Positions 6,876-16,683 of a stretch of DNA of 64,000 nt are shown here, piece after piece (positions within the stretch are counted from its first letter, which is position 1; each line of letters starts with the position of its first letter). The stretch is from Escherichia coli O157 typing phage 15, in sequence record KP869113. One strand, written 5' to 3'. A program made the position numbers and the translations under genes. The notes under the pieces are model-generated. The model made no database searches. It was given only the letters and a program-made list of their open reading frames with translations, and had not been told where the DNA came from.

Positions 6876-7004
6876 TGGTATGCCTCTTATAAGACCTCTT
6901 AAAAGGCTTTTAAGATAAAAGATAGATATCCAGAAAGATATCTGTTTAAATAGCCTTTTTAGAGGAACCTTTTAAGTTATCTTCTAAGTATTTATAAGCC
7001 TACA

Positions 7005-7026
7005 CCTTGTCAAGTACTTTGTCAAC
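7005..7026 (+). promoter_or_regulatory. conserved near-palindromic motif ccTTGTCAAGTACTTTGTCAAc upstream of plus-strand module
   Basis: same motif at 52131-52152 upstream of the DNA polymerase gene and, as cTTGTAAAGTACTTTA, in six intergenic cassettes of the 15-21 kb array. Confidence 0.4.
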
Positions 7027-7124
7027 AACTTTTTTAACTTGCAATAGTTCTTGACTTGTTGTATGGATTACTGTACCATCTTACTTAAAGCTGTAGGTCT
7101 GCCTTGTTCTACAAAGGAGACTTA

Positions 7125-7286
7125 ATGAGAAAATCAAATAAACCGAAGAAAGGTAAGAATACCAATCACTGTAAGGAATCCAAAAGGGTAGAGTTAATCT
7201 ACTATTCATCCTCTGAAATTGGTCTGTACCTGTTCTTTCAAAATTACAGAAGACAAGAGGATTATCTATGTGTAGTTCCCAATTAG
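7125..7286 (+). CDS. hypothetical small protein
   Basis: ORF with AGGAG 7 nt upstream of the internal ATG at 7125; first gene after promoter-like region. Confidence 0.35.
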   Translation: MRKSNKPKKGKNTNHCKESKRVELIYYSSSEIGLYLFFQNYRRQEDYLCVVPN

Positions 7287-7501
7287 AAATCGCAGATATT
7301 ATAGATTTATATCAAACTGCAAAGAGTCATGGCTATATAACCTCAATTGGAAAGAATAGTCACTATGATGCTTTGACTGGAATGTATTTCAGGGCAATGG
7401 CTCAATCTAGTGAACAACACTTAATGGTTTCTTCCAGTGAGTTTACTTCGTTTCTCTATTGCAGCAAAATTATAAATCGCAGGAGAACTGAAAAATGCTA
7501 A
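7268..7501 (+). CDS. hypothetical protein
   Basis: 77-aa ORF in tightly packed same-strand module. Confidence 0.4.
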   Translation: MCSSQLEIADIIDLYQTAKSHGYITSIGKNSHYDALTGMYFRAMAQSSEQHLMVSSSEFTSFLYCSKIINRRRTEKC

Positions 7502-8085
7502 CAGTAAGTTTTAATTACAATAGTGATGGCTCTGTATCAATTAATTCACCATATGCAAATGACCTACTTAAAGAGCTAGTCAATCAGTGTGATAGAGGTC
7601 TTCACTATGTTCAAAATTCTTTTAAACAGAAGACTATTGCTAATAACTTGATGCGTGTAACAGTAACGGCATCGAATCCAAATTATGACTTTGATAGTGA
7701 AAGTCCGTACTCATTAGTTGCGCTTGGAGAGAGCAGCCAATTCAAACTTGTTTGCCACGACTCAGAAACATTCCTTAAGGTCTTTTCCAACCTTATCCAT
7801 AATAATAAGTACAGCTACGTTGATGGTAGTGTAAATTTCTATCCAGCAAACTATACATGTTTGTTGGTTGATAATATGAGAAAAAGTAAGCAAGAGCCTA
7901 CGGAAATTTCATTTGATGTGAACTCTAGTCCAGACGCAGAAACAAGTAAGAACTTTGATATGAGTTACGCATTGTCACTTAGTAAGAAATCCGAGTTCAT
8001 TGATTATGTCAATGGATTTGGTTTTAAGTTTGATGAGAGTATGAATCTTAAAAAACTTAAGAACCTACTTAAGACCAAAGCTTAA
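7495..8085 (+). CDS. hypothetical protein
   Basis: 196-aa ORF, start overlaps previous stop. Confidence 0.55.
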   Translation: MLTVSFNYNSDGSVSINSPYANDLLKELVNQCDRGLHYVQNSFKQKTIANNLMRVTVTASNPNYDFDSESPYSLVALGESSQFKLVCHDSETFLKVFSNLIHNNKYSYVDGSVNFYPANYTCLLVDNMRKSKQEPTEISFDVNSSPDAETSKNFDMSYALSLSKKSEFIDYVNGFGFKFDESMNLKKLKNLLKTKA

Positions 8086-8092
8086 GTGTGAA

Positions 8093-8116
8093 TAGGGGCT
8101 GATGCCCCTTTAACTA
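8093..8116 (+). terminator. terminator-like hairpin
   Basis: aggggc-tgat-gcccct followed by a short T-rich stretch (ttaactattta). Confidence 0.35.
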
Positions 8117-8132
8117 TTTATAAGGATATTTA

Positions 8133-8504
8133 ATGAAAGCTAAGAGTGCAAAAGACTTTTATTGCTTCCTACAATCCTATATCAATTCCGTGCAAAATGG
8201 TGAAAGGTACAACCTTAATGATGTTATCCCAACACCTTTGACATGGAGACTCAGTAAATGGCCTGAAGAAGATATTACACCAACAATCGAACAATGCACC
8301 TACAAACCCGAAATCAATATTCCAGACTCTGAGAATCTATTATATCCAATGTTCCATATTGTTGGTCTTGGAAGATTCCTTATGGATATCCAGTATATAA
8401 TTGGTAAAGGTTATAAGGTTAAAGGTATTGTTGTTGGTGATGTATCTCCGAATCACAAAGGTTATTTTAGGCTAAACGCACATTTAGAGGCTGAAAAGAA
8501 ATGA
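8133..8504 (+). CDS. hypothetical protein, paralog of the N-terminal domain of the next gene
   Basis: shares KRY(D/N), WPE(A/E)DI, YKP(D/E), (F/L)MD(L/I)QY(A/I)I blocks with 8501..9382. Confidence 0.55.
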   Translation: MKAKSAKDFYCFLQSYINSVQNGERYNLNDVIPTPLTWRLSKWPEEDITPTIEQCTYKPEINIPDSENLLYPMFHIVGLGRFLMDIQYIIGKGYKVKGIVVGDVSPNHKGYFRLNAHLEAEKK

Positions 8505-9382
8505 TTAAAGCAAAGACTTACCCAGACTTCAAAGAGTTTGTGAAGGGCTTCATTGCAAACGTAAAGGCTGGTAAGAGGTATGATTTTAGAACATATCAAG
8601 AGGCTATTTTACCACTTACCTATAGCTCGTATTGGCCTGAAGCTGATATTGCAGAAGTTGAGAAGTTTGACTATAAACCAGACTATAAAGTCCCATTTAG
8701 TGATGAGTTGCTTTACAGTGTTGGTGCTCAAATGAGAACTTCTGACTTCTTCATGGACTTACAATATGCAATTATCAATGGTAAAGACGTTGATACAGTT
8801 TATTGTGAATGGCTGGCAAGAGTTAAACCATTCTCAATGTTGAATGCTAAGTTGAAGGACGCTATCAAGCCACCATCAATCACTCAGCAACCAACCAATC
8901 AAACAGTAAATGAAGGTGGTACACTTACCCTAAGCGTTATTGCAACTAATGCCACTGGATATCAATGGAAAAAGGATGGTGAGGATATCACTAGCGCCAC
9001 ATCTGCAACCTACACAAAACAGTCTGTAGAACCTTCTGATGCAGGTTCATACACTTGCGTTGTAACAGGTGCAGGTGGTTCTGTCACTTCTAGCCCTGCA
9101 ACGGTTACTGTTAACGCACTTCCGGTAATCACTCAACAGCCAACCAATCAAGAAATCAATGAAGGTGAGACCTTAACGCTGAATGTTGTGGCAACAGGTG
9201 CGACAGGTTACCAGTGGAAGAAAGGTGAGGAAGACATCCTTGATGCAACTACTGCAACTTACACCAAAGAAGGTGCGACCGCTGCTGATGCAGGAAGCTA
9301 CACCTGTGTAGTTACTGGTGCAGGTGGCTCTGTAACATCCAATGCAGCAACAGTTACAGTTAACCCAGCAGGGGAGGCGTAA
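8501..9382 (+). CDS. protein with two tandem Ig-like domains fused to a paralogous N-terminal domain
   Basis: two ~90-aa repeats ITQQPTNQ(T/E)(V/I)NEG.TLTL.V.ATGYQWKK...YT(K).......DAGSYTCVVTGAGGSVTS...ATVTVN, typical Ig-like beta-sandwich signature. Confidence 0.6.
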   Translation: MIKAKTYPDFKEFVKGFIANVKAGKRYDFRTYQEAILPLTYSSYWPEADIAEVEKFDYKPDYKVPFSDELLYSVGAQMRTSDFFMDLQYAIINGKDVDTVYCEWLARVKPFSMLNAKLKDAIKPPSITQQPTNQTVNEGGTLTLSVIATNATGYQWKKDGEDITSATSATYTKQSVEPSDAGSYTCVVTGAGGSVTSSPATVTVNALPVITQQPTNQEINEGETLTLNVVATGATGYQWKKGEEDILDATTATYTKEGATAADAGSYTCVVTGAGGSVTSNAATVTVNPAGEA

Positions 9383-9846
9383 TGCAACTCTCAAGAAAAG
9401 GTTTAGATGCTATTAAGTTCTTCGAAGGTCTGGAGTTAGAGGCTTACGAAGATTCTGCCGGAATCCCAACAATCGGGTATGGGACAATCCGTATTGACGG
9501 AAAACCTGTTAAGATGGGTATGAAAATTACTGCTGAACAAGCTGAACAGTATCTTCTCGCGGATGTTGAGAAGTTTGTTGCAGCAGTGAACAAAGCTATC
9601 AAGGTTCCAACTACTCAGAATGAGTTCGATGCACTTGTAAGTGAAACATACAACATCGGTATCACAGCTATGCAGGATTCCACATTTATCAAGCGCCACA
9701 ATGCTGGTAATAAGGTAGGTTGTGCAGAAGCTATGCAGTGGTGGAACAAGGTTACAGTCAAAGGTAAGAAGGTCACTTCAAACGGTCTGAAAAACAGACG
9801 TAGAATGGAAGCTGACATTTATCTTGACAGTGTATACCCAAAGTAA
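9382..9846 (+). CDS. endolysin, T4-type lysozyme (glycoside hydrolase family 24)
   Basis: N-terminal FEG.ELEAYEDSAGIPTIGYG catalytic region and overall T4 lysozyme-like sequence. Confidence 0.8.
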   Translation: MQLSRKGLDAIKFFEGLELEAYEDSAGIPTIGYGTIRIDGKPVKMGMKITAEQAEQYLLADVEKFVAAVNKAIKVPTTQNEFDALVSETYNIGITAMQDSTFIKRHNAGNKVGCAEAMQWWNKVTVKGKKVTSNGLKNRRRMEADIYLDSVYPK

Positions 9847-9855
9847 TATCTTCAT

Positions 9856-9882
9856 AGGCTCCTTCGGGAGCCTTTTTTATTT
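9856..9882 (+). terminator. rho-independent terminator
   Basis: aggctcc-ttcg-ggagcct perfect stem followed by tttttta. Confidence 0.7.
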
Positions 9883-9897
9883 TCTAAGGAGAAAGCT

Positions 9898-10296
9898 ATG
9901 AAACTTTGGGCTAGTGACTTTGGAACTTTTAAGTACACTCGTAATGGCTCGCTTGTACGCATTGTCGGGAACAATGTGGTTTCAAGAGGTGACAAGGTAT
10001 ATACACGGTTTACTGTAGAGCTTGTTGAGCTGTCACCTATTGAGTCTGTGAACAATGGCCTGTTCAAGTTTGAGACTTACAATGTCAACGAACATGGACA
10101 ATTCAACCCTCTTGGTGAAAGTGGACTTGATATTATTTCAGAGCACCCATTGACAAAAGAGCAACTCGCAAGTTATTATAAAACTGTTCTGGAAAGGCAG
10201 TTAGCAACACATGAACAAGAAGCTAACTATCATTTACAACATTGCGAAGCTTTAAGAGCAAAAATAGAACAAGCAGAGAGAGGTTTTTATGAATAA
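9898..10296 (+). CDS. hypothetical protein
   Basis: 132-aa ORF. Confidence 0.5.
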   Translation: MKLWASDFGTFKYTRNGSLVRIVGNNVVSRGDKVYTRFTVELVELSPIESVNNGLFKFETYNVNEHGQFNPLGESGLDIISEHPLTKEQLASYYKTVLERQLATHEQEANYHLQHCEALRAKIEQAERGFYE

Positions 10297-10678
10297 AGAG
10301 ATTCAAGTAAAAGTTGACACCTTTGGCCATGATGGTCGAGAAGATGCTGGACTTGCTGACGCAGTGATTTTTGAGTGTAATGGAAATATTAGTCTTCGCT
10401 TTACAGGCTCAGGTAGCACCCTTCGCAGAATGCGAGATGATGCAGATGGTTGCCCTGTATTTGGCTGGTATGACATGGAGTTTCCTCTTTACGCCATCCA
10501 TTATCCAGATGGTGGAGAAGACTGGACAACTCAATCAATCCGCGATGAGCTTAATGGCATTCCAGTTGAGCAAGAAGAGCAAGAGCCTGTTGAACTCACA
10601 TTCACTTTTATCAAAGAAGAGAAAGTTGGTGATTTGTCTGTAACTGAAGCAATTCAAGTCTCACAGGTTATTCGTTAA
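10289..10678 (+). CDS. hypothetical protein
   Basis: 129-aa ORF, ATGA start/stop overlap. Confidence 0.5.
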   Translation: MNKEIQVKVDTFGHDGREDAGLADAVIFECNGNISLRFTGSGSTLRRMRDDADGCPVFGWYDMEFPLYAIHYPDGGEDWTTQSIRDELNGIPVEQEEQEPVELTFTFIKEEKVGDLSVTEAIQVSQVIR

Positions 10679-10971
10679 TGAGTAAAGTACAGGTTGTTTT
10701 CCCTATTTGTGACTTCTCACTAGAGCGTGAACTTGACCTGTACGAAGAAATTACTGACGAAATTATCTGGTCTGTTGTAGAAGAGGCTATCAAGAAGCTG
10801 TATGGTGGCCTCTTAAATCCATCAAGTAAGAAGTTAAGCACTAAGCAAGTAGCTGACCCATATGTTTCATACGATGCCTACAACAAGCCTTTTGAAAATA
10901 CCTGCTTTGACCTTATGGTAGGTAATAACAAAGTCAACTATTTCTTCGTCAGAGAGTTTAACGATGAGTAA
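10678..10971 (+). CDS. hypothetical protein
   Basis: 97-aa ORF. Confidence 0.45.
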   Translation: MSKVQVVFPICDFSLERELDLYEEITDEIIWSVVEEAIKKLYGGLLNPSSKKLSTKQVADPYVSYDAYNKPFENTCFDLMVGNNKVNYFFVREFNDE

Positions 10972-11308
10972 GCTCCATGTCACAGTTTACAAAAACTTCT
11001 CAGATATCAAAGAGTCTTTAACAAATAAGCTTGACTTACAACGTAAAAGACTCTTTTTAATGTATGACATAGACAACTACAACCATCCTAAAGAGTTTAA
11101 CTACAAAGATGGTACAAAGGTTGTTGAGTTTGAAGATTCTGTGACGGTGTATGTCAAGCATGACTTACCAGCAAAGTATATAGGGATGTTAGAGTACTAC
11201 ATATTCAAACATACTGGTATGCGTGGTGAATCTGTTAAGATATCTTCTATAGAAGTTTTTGAGAAACCTAACACACAACTTAAAAAGTATTTAATGAGGA
11301 AACTGTAA
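10964..11308 (+). CDS. hypothetical protein
   Basis: 114-aa ORF. Confidence 0.45.
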   Translation: MSKLHVTVYKNFSDIKESLTNKLDLQRKRLFLMYDIDNYNHPKEFNYKDGTKVVEFEDSVTVYVKHDLPAKYIGMLEYYIFKHTGMRGESVKISSIEVFEKPNTQLKKYLMRKL

Positions 11309-11889
11309 TGTCAGAAGAACATGAGCATATCCAACCAGAAGTTACATTAGTAAAACATTTCGGAAATGTAGAAGGCTGTGTAGCACTTTTTCAGACTAAC
11401 ATCAATTCTCCAGTCAAACTGTGCAAATTGACGATAAACACTAACAACATCAGTGTATGCGTGAATGAAGAAGTACAATACTTCAAATTCAATGATAAAG
11501 AGGTTGATGCTGCACTACTGAAATACAGAGCAAATCTTGAAAAAGATATTGACCATAAAGAGGTTGTGAGTCTCTTTGCAGACCTACATAAGCTTCTTGA
11601 TAAGGTTGAAAAAAGAACATACTACATGAATAATGGCTCTATCATTACCACTATGATTTCACCATGTATCTCTGAGCCAATCTTCACAGATGATGGTGCT
11701 TATTATATTGTAGCTTCGGCAGTGTCTGATTGGTGGTTAAAAAATAACGCCCTGAAAACAGTGATTGATGCTATCAGAGAACACATCCCTACATTTAGTC
11801 CGTGGAAGGGTAAAGGTGATGAATTTATCGCACTGTTGAGTGAAGAGAGTAACAAGCGCAGTGCATTACTGCCTAAAAAATACTCTTGA
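11308..11889 (+). CDS. hypothetical protein
   Basis: 193-aa ORF. Confidence 0.5.
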   Translation: MSEEHEHIQPEVTLVKHFGNVEGCVALFQTNINSPVKLCKLTINTNNISVCVNEEVQYFKFNDKEVDAALLKYRANLEKDIDHKEVVSLFADLHKLLDKVEKRTYYMNNGSIITTMISPCISEPIFTDDGAYYIVASAVSDWWLKNNALKTVIDAIREHIPTFSPWKGKGDEFIALLSEESNKRSALLPKKYS

Positions 11890-11961
11890 CCGAGTATACA
11901 ATATTGATTATGATGGGAGCTATCGAGAGGTAGTTCCCTTTTTAGTTTCTGGAGAATAGAT

Positions 11962-12507
11962 ATGGCTAAAGTGAAAGAACACGATAAAATTATTTTGTAT
12001 GTTAAACAGAATCCTTCAAAGAGTGTTGAGGCTGTTGTAACACACATCTCACACAATGGAACAGTTTATTTTCAACCACTGAAGAACTTAGACTTTGACA
12101 CAACACCAAACCACACATTTAGTACTTCTGCAAGACTGTGTGCTGGAACTGTATACTCGACTGCTGAGATTGAGTCCTTATCTTTCACAGGTGCTTACAA
12201 AAACTTTATAGGGATTGCTTTAAAGGACTCTGAGGAATCTTTTAAATTCTTCATGGAGACCAATAAAGGCTGTTATGCACATGTTATGCCAGTCTATAAG
12301 AAAGTTGACACAGAACTTACAAGCAAGTGCGAAGAGATTAGCAGCGACCTGAAGGAGCGTAAAACAGCTATTCAGAATGCTATTTACATCATTGAGAGGG
12401 ACCACTTAGAAGTTCTTTTCAGAGATATGCTAAAAGCAGGGTTTACCCCAAACGAAATTACAAGAGAAACACAACGCCAGTTCAGAAACGCTATGGTGAA
12501 AGAATGA
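11962..12507 (+). CDS. hypothetical protein
   Basis: 181-aa ORF. Confidence 0.5.
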   Translation: MAKVKEHDKIILYVKQNPSKSVEAVVTHISHNGTVYFQPLKNLDFDTTPNHTFSTSARLCAGTVYSTAEIESLSFTGAYKNFIGIALKDSEESFKFFMETNKGCYAHVMPVYKKVDTELTSKCEEISSDLKERKTAIQNAIYIIERDHLEVLFRDMLKAGFTPNEITRETQRQFRNAMVKE

Positions 12508-12722
12508 AAAAACTAACTACAGTTGAAGATTACTACAAACTGTCCTTGTTAGAACAGTATCGCAGAAGCCAGAATATCAGAAAATGCTATGGTAAACACG
12601 CTGAAGGTGACTTTTACCATTGTTACGATGCAGATTTAAAAGGTGTAACACCTAGAGGAAAAGTTCTGCAAAGATTTGTTGACCTTGAATGGAACAAGAG
12701 ATTGAGAGGGGTTGGAAAATGA
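12504..12722 (+). CDS. hypothetical protein
   Basis: 72-aa ORF. Confidence 0.4.
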   Translation: MKKLTTVEDYYKLSLLEQYRRSQNIRKCYGKHAEGDFYHCYDADLKGVTPRGKVLQRFVDLEWNKRLRGVGK

Positions 12723-13222
12723 TTTACGAAGAAAGATATAAGATAGATTACCAGAAGACTGGTCATCATGTCTCTTTAAGAGTAACCAAACCAAATGGAG
12801 ATACCGGTATCATAGCACATTTTGGTGGTGATTATTGGTATGGTACAGGTTGCTTTGAAGGCTACACTCAAGAATACTTGAAAGCTTTCTACAGAGACTT
12901 TACAAACGACTACAACAGGGTTGTTGACGAAAAGAATAAGTGCATTAAGCATGAATACCATGCCAGAGGTTGTCTGAATATTGTTATGATACTGGCTTTC
13001 TTCTTAGCAATGTTACTGGCAGTATCAGCAATTAGCTGCATAGCTCAAGATTTGACAATTACACAGATTACTGCAAAGCTACATGATATCTGGTACTTGT
13101 ATACTGTTCCTTTAGCTGGTATTATCATCTCACTAATAAGATTCAGAGTTCATAAGAAACGACTTAAGGATTCCGAGGTTAAACTTGAAGAGGTAAGTAA
13201 AGAATGCAACCTACAATTATAG
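12719..13222 (+). CDS. membrane protein (two predicted TM helices)
   Basis: start moved to internal ATG with GAGGGG RBS; hydrophobic stretches LNIVMILAFFLAMLLAVSAISCIA and YLYTVPLAGIIISLI. Confidence 0.45.
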   Translation: MIYEERYKIDYQKTGHHVSLRVTKPNGDTGIIAHFGGDYWYGTGCFEGYTQEYLKAFYRDFTNDYNRVVDEKNKCIKHEYHARGCLNIVMILAFFLAMLLAVSAISCIAQDLTITQITAKLHDIWYLYTVPLAGIIISLIRFRVHKKRLKDSEVKLEEVSKECNLQL

Positions 13223-13298
13223 CTGTATGTGTTCGTTTTGCAATCGCTGAAATGATTAACAAGGCAATCTTAAAAGATGCCTATGGAGAGACTAAGTA

Positions 13299-13523
13299 AT
13301 GATTAAGACGCCTGTACCAATTTTTGGATTTCCTTCTATAGAAGAGTTCAAAGTTTACCTTGACAAAAACTTCTACAACGAGCAACCTGTTACTTTGCTG
13401 AAGAGTGACTTATCAGAGCTTCTTGATATGGTTATCAAGGCAACTTCTGAGAAGGAACCTGAACAGAAAGCTGAGAAGAAGACTAGTAAGAAATCCGATA
13501 AGAAGACTGAAAAGTCTGAGTAG
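13299..13523 (+). CDS. hypothetical protein with Lys/Glu-rich C-terminus
   Basis: 74-aa ORF. Confidence 0.45.
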   Translation: MIKTPVPIFGFPSIEEFKVYLDKNFYNEQPVTLLKSDLSELLDMVIKATSEKEPEQKAEKKTSKKSDKKTEKSE

Positions 13524-13575
13524 TAGCTTGAGGGGTTACTTGATAGCCCCTTTGTAGAACTTAGAAGGTAGCGAA

Positions 13576-13998
13576 ATGAAAGAGCTTATTGGTAAAAGAT
13601 TGACAGTTTACTGCTCTAAAACAAAGAAACCACTTACTTCTGTGAAGGTCTTTGATGTTGACACCACTGGTGTAGAGTACCCAATCCAATGCACAATAAT
13701 TACTCCATTCCATGCAGATGATATGGATTTTAAAGAGTGTGAAGTGATATCTTTTAATGCTGATGGGTATTGGAGAGGTAAGTTAAACAAGCAATCAGAA
13801 GATTTTGATATGCAAATCATTATCAATGAAGGCTATATCGGTGTAAAAGATATCCTCGTAGAAGCCTATGAAGAAGGTATAATTGATATTGTGCATGATG
13901 TTGAAAAAGCTTTAAAGCTTGTTATGCCGCATTTAGAATCTGGAAAGCTGACTTTAGAGATGCTTAATAGGATTATTCGGAGAGCTTATGAAAATTAA
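13576..13998 (+). CDS. hypothetical protein
   Basis: 140-aa ORF. Confidence 0.5.
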   Translation: MKELIGKRLTVYCSKTKKPLTSVKVFDVDTTGVEYPIQCTIITPFHADDMDFKECEVISFNADGYWRGKLNKQSEDFDMQIIINEGYIGVKDILVEAYEEGIIDIVHDVEKALKLVMPHLESGKLTLEMLNRIIRRAYEN

Positions 13999-14452
13999 AG
14001 AAGTAGTGCAAAGAGCAATGCTTGATAATTCTACTAAAGATGAGATGTACACAGAAATTTGTGATAAGTTGAACTGCTCAAGACATGCTGCTAAGGTTCT
14101 TGTACATTGTTTTATTTGGGAATGCTCAGAAGCCTATATGAAACACGTAGCTTTTGAGAGTTCTCATTTACTCGGTGATGTAAAAATAGGTGTAGCACTA
14201 AAAGAGCCTGAGATGAAAACAGTACCTAAGGTCGGTAATGTGTATAAACTAAAAAATTTTATTACAGGCGAGATTGTTGCAGAAGGTGAAGTGCAACAGG
14301 TTTATCATGATGGTAAATATCTGTTTAAGATATTCGAGTATGATAGTCGTTACAGACACTTATGTGGTATTACATTTTTAGTTTCAGAGGATGACCTCAT
14401 CAAGAACAATAGTAATAAATTCGCAGTACCAGAATATCAAGTTTTACGATAA
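13988..14452 (+). CDS. hypothetical protein
   Basis: 154-aa ORF. Confidence 0.5.
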   Translation: MKIKEVVQRAMLDNSTKDEMYTEICDKLNCSRHAAKVLVHCFIWECSEAYMKHVAFESSHLLGDVKIGVALKEPEMKTVPKVGNVYKLKNFITGEIVAEGEVQQVYHDGKYLFKIFEYDSRYRHLCGITFLVSEDDLIKNNSNKFAVPEYQVLR

Positions 14453-14465
14453 TGGTGTGATAGAT

Positions 14466-15014
14466 ATGGAAAAAGATAACTTAAAAGATGTTGAAGGTAA
14501 CTATCTAGTCCTTGACTGGAAGGATGTTCGGGAAGCACTCTCCGAAGAAAATCTTGACTGGTTCGAACAAATTATCTTTGCAGTACGGCATAACCGAGAA
14601 GTTGAAAATGGTAAAGAGCCACTTGAAGGAATCTTTGTAGATAGGTCTTATCCATTCTATGAAGACACTTTGCAGAAAGTTAAGATGTACTTTAGACAGA
14701 AGAACCGTAAAGTGGTCACTATGGTATCTCTTGGTGGACAGAATATGTCTGTGATGGAAGATATTAATCCTAAGAGACCGAGTAAAGGTATCTGTATAAA
14801 AATCACAGGACATGAAGAGTATATCTCAGTGGATGACTTTAGTGCATTCTGTAATGGCTCTTGTGTCTTTAATGGTTTTCACTATGATATCCGAGTGTAC
14901 CCAATCAAGGGAGATGATATCATGATGCAGGTATTCGATAATAACAACGGCTTTACTCATTTTTATCAGACAACCAAGTCATCACTAAAAACAGTTCTGG
15001 AAACACTGATTTAA
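14466..15014 (+). CDS. hypothetical protein
   Basis: ORF 14391..15014 trimmed to internal ATG to avoid 62-nt overlap; start uncertain. Confidence 0.45.
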   Translation: MEKDNLKDVEGNYLVLDWKDVREALSEENLDWFEQIIFAVRHNREVENGKEPLEGIFVDRSYPFYEDTLQKVKMYFRQKNRKVVTMVSLGGQNMSVMEDINPKRPSKGICIKITGHEEYISVDDFSAFCNGSCVFNGFHYDIRVYPIKGDDIMMQVFDNNNGFTHFYQTTKSSLKTVLETLI

Positions 15015-15024
15015 AATATCTTAA

Positions 15025-15052
15025 GAGCCTCCTTAATTGGGGGCTTTTTTTA
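15025..15052 (+). terminator. rho-independent terminator ending the plus-strand module
   Basis: agcctcc-ttaatt-gggggct followed by tttttt. Confidence 0.6.
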
Positions 15053-15307
15053 ATTTTTATAAAAATTTTATCGGTTGTTCCAACCTCTGGGTCACCATCA
15101 TATGTGAATAAAATATCTATCCTTCTTAACAACCTTCTTAATCTTACTCTCTATATATAGTTATATAGTACTATATAGTGTCTTAGTAACTATCTAGTGG
15201 TCTTAATAGCCCCTCTGTATAACCCTTCTAAATAGCCCTCTAAACACTCTTCTAACAAGCCTTCTTAACAACCTATACAATCACCTTAACCATCTCTCTA
15301 TACGCTC

Positions 15308-15532
15308 TTAGAAGCCTCTATACACCTCACCCCAATAATGGTAGTGAGATTCCTCGTTTATGGCTTCTTTTACGGCATCTTTCCAGAAGTCATCAGTAGG
15401 GTTATAATCTGGTATCACCTGCTGAATCAGCATTTTGATAAGGTCAAAGGTATTATCTGTTCCACCGATATCGAATTTTGCATCAAGTTGGTGGCAGCCA
15501 TAAGCATTAACAGTTACGCGGATAGTTGACAT
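15308..15532 (-). CDS. hypothetical small protein
   Basis: 74-aa ORF preceded by family-A cassette with AGGAG RBS. Confidence 0.5.
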   Translation of the reverse strand: MSTIRVTVNAYGCHQLDAKFDIGGTDNTFDLIKMLIQQVIPDYNPTDDFWKDAVKEAINEESHYHYWGEVYRGF

Positions 15533-15600
15533 AATTTAGAATCTCCAGTTTAGGACTTTATTTAGTGGGGAAGGTCATTCCCTCCCCGTTGTTTAGTAAT
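15533..15600 (-). promoter_or_regulatory. upstream cassette family A (hairpin GGGGAAGG-tcatt-CCCTCCCC plus RBS)
   Basis: gaatctccagtttaggactttatttagtggggaaggtcattccctccccgttg; near-identical copies upstream of five other genes in this array. Confidence 0.6.
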
Positions 15601-15857
15601 TTACTGCATATTGGCGTAGGTTGCAAGCCTTTTTTCGTTGTATTTTGTCAGAATTTCACAAGATAGAACATCGTACATTGTAACCGCTTTGCTTTTGTCG
15701 AGGTCAAAAAAGCCAAATGCTTTACCATCTTTGAATCCGACAACTTCGTAAGATTCTTTAATGATTTCACCATTGAACAAATCACTTTCGATACGGTGAA
15801 ACAACGCTACGTCTTCTTTGTCAGTTGCAATCTGCAATAGTGTGGTTAATTCTACGT
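15601..15857 (-). CDS. hypothetical small protein (start corrected to internal Met)
   Basis: the longer ORF 15601..15969 runs through a family-A cassette; ATG at 15857 is preceded by the conserved ctaggagattcaaaa RBS. Confidence 0.5.
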
Positions 15858-15931
15858 GTTCCATTTTTGAATCTCCTAGTTTAAGGACTTTACTTAGTGG
15901 GAAGGTTAATCCCTCCCCGTTGATTGACAAT
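15858..15931 (-). promoter_or_regulatory. upstream cassette family A
   Basis: ttttgaatctcctagtttaaggactttacttagtgggaaggttaatccctccccgttgattg. Confidence 0.6.
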
Positions 15932-16462
15932 TTACAGACTTTTGATTGTCTCGTCAATATCTTTTTCAATATCTTTTAAAGTTTTTTCTAAGTTCTTGAT
16001 ATTGAAGGATAAGCCTTCACCGAGAGTCTTAGAATAACTGCTAGGACGTAAATCATAAAGGCCAATTTGTTCTACATTGGAGAGGTTGACCATTTCACCG
16101 CTTACATCATAAGCTATTGATACGGTGTTTTCAGGGGCTTTATAGAACTTGTTAAGATTCTTGATAGAACGTTCATAAGCCATTTTATAACCATTTAAAA
16201 GGTCTTTAACGTGGTTGCGAACGTTTTTACACTCATCTAAGTAAATACCTAAGAATAGCGGTAACAGTTCTGCTACAGCTTGCATAAAGTGAGATACTAC
16301 AACAGTAGAAACATTACGACGATGTATATAATAAGCCCCGTTTTCTGATTTAGTGATAGTTGCAAAGTGTACACCGTTGCAACGAAATTCGAAGGTATCT
16401 TTAACGGGTTTAGTCATAACGTTAGATGAGCGAATGTAGTTGATAGCTTGAAACTTGTTCAT
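15932..16462 (-). CDS. hypothetical protein
   Basis: 176-aa ORF behind family-A cassette. Confidence 0.55.
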   Translation of the reverse strand: MNKFQAINYIRSSNVMTKPVKDTFEFRCNGVHFATITKSENGAYYIHRRNVSTVVVSHFMQAVAELLPLFLGIYLDECKNVRNHVKDLLNGYKMAYERSIKNLNKFYKAPENTVSIAYDVSGEMVNLSNVEQIGLYDLRPSSYSKTLGEGLSFNIKNLEKTLKDIEKDIDETIKSL

Positions 16463-16530
16463 TTTGAATCTCCTAGTTTAAGGACTTTACTTAGTGGGGA
16501 AGGTCATTCCCTCCCCGTTGATTAGTACTA
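16463..16530 (-). promoter_or_regulatory. upstream cassette family A
   Basis: conserved hairpin plus RBS. Confidence 0.6.
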
Positions 16531-16683
16531 TACTTGTTTTGATTTGCCTTTGCAAGCAATTTTTTAAGTTTATCTATAAAGAATCTATTAAGTGAATCCC
16601 TTTTAGATAACCCCCTCGAACAAAGTTACCAATGTCAATGGGTATTGTCAACACTTTTTTAAAAGTTTTTTGTAAGTTATTGA

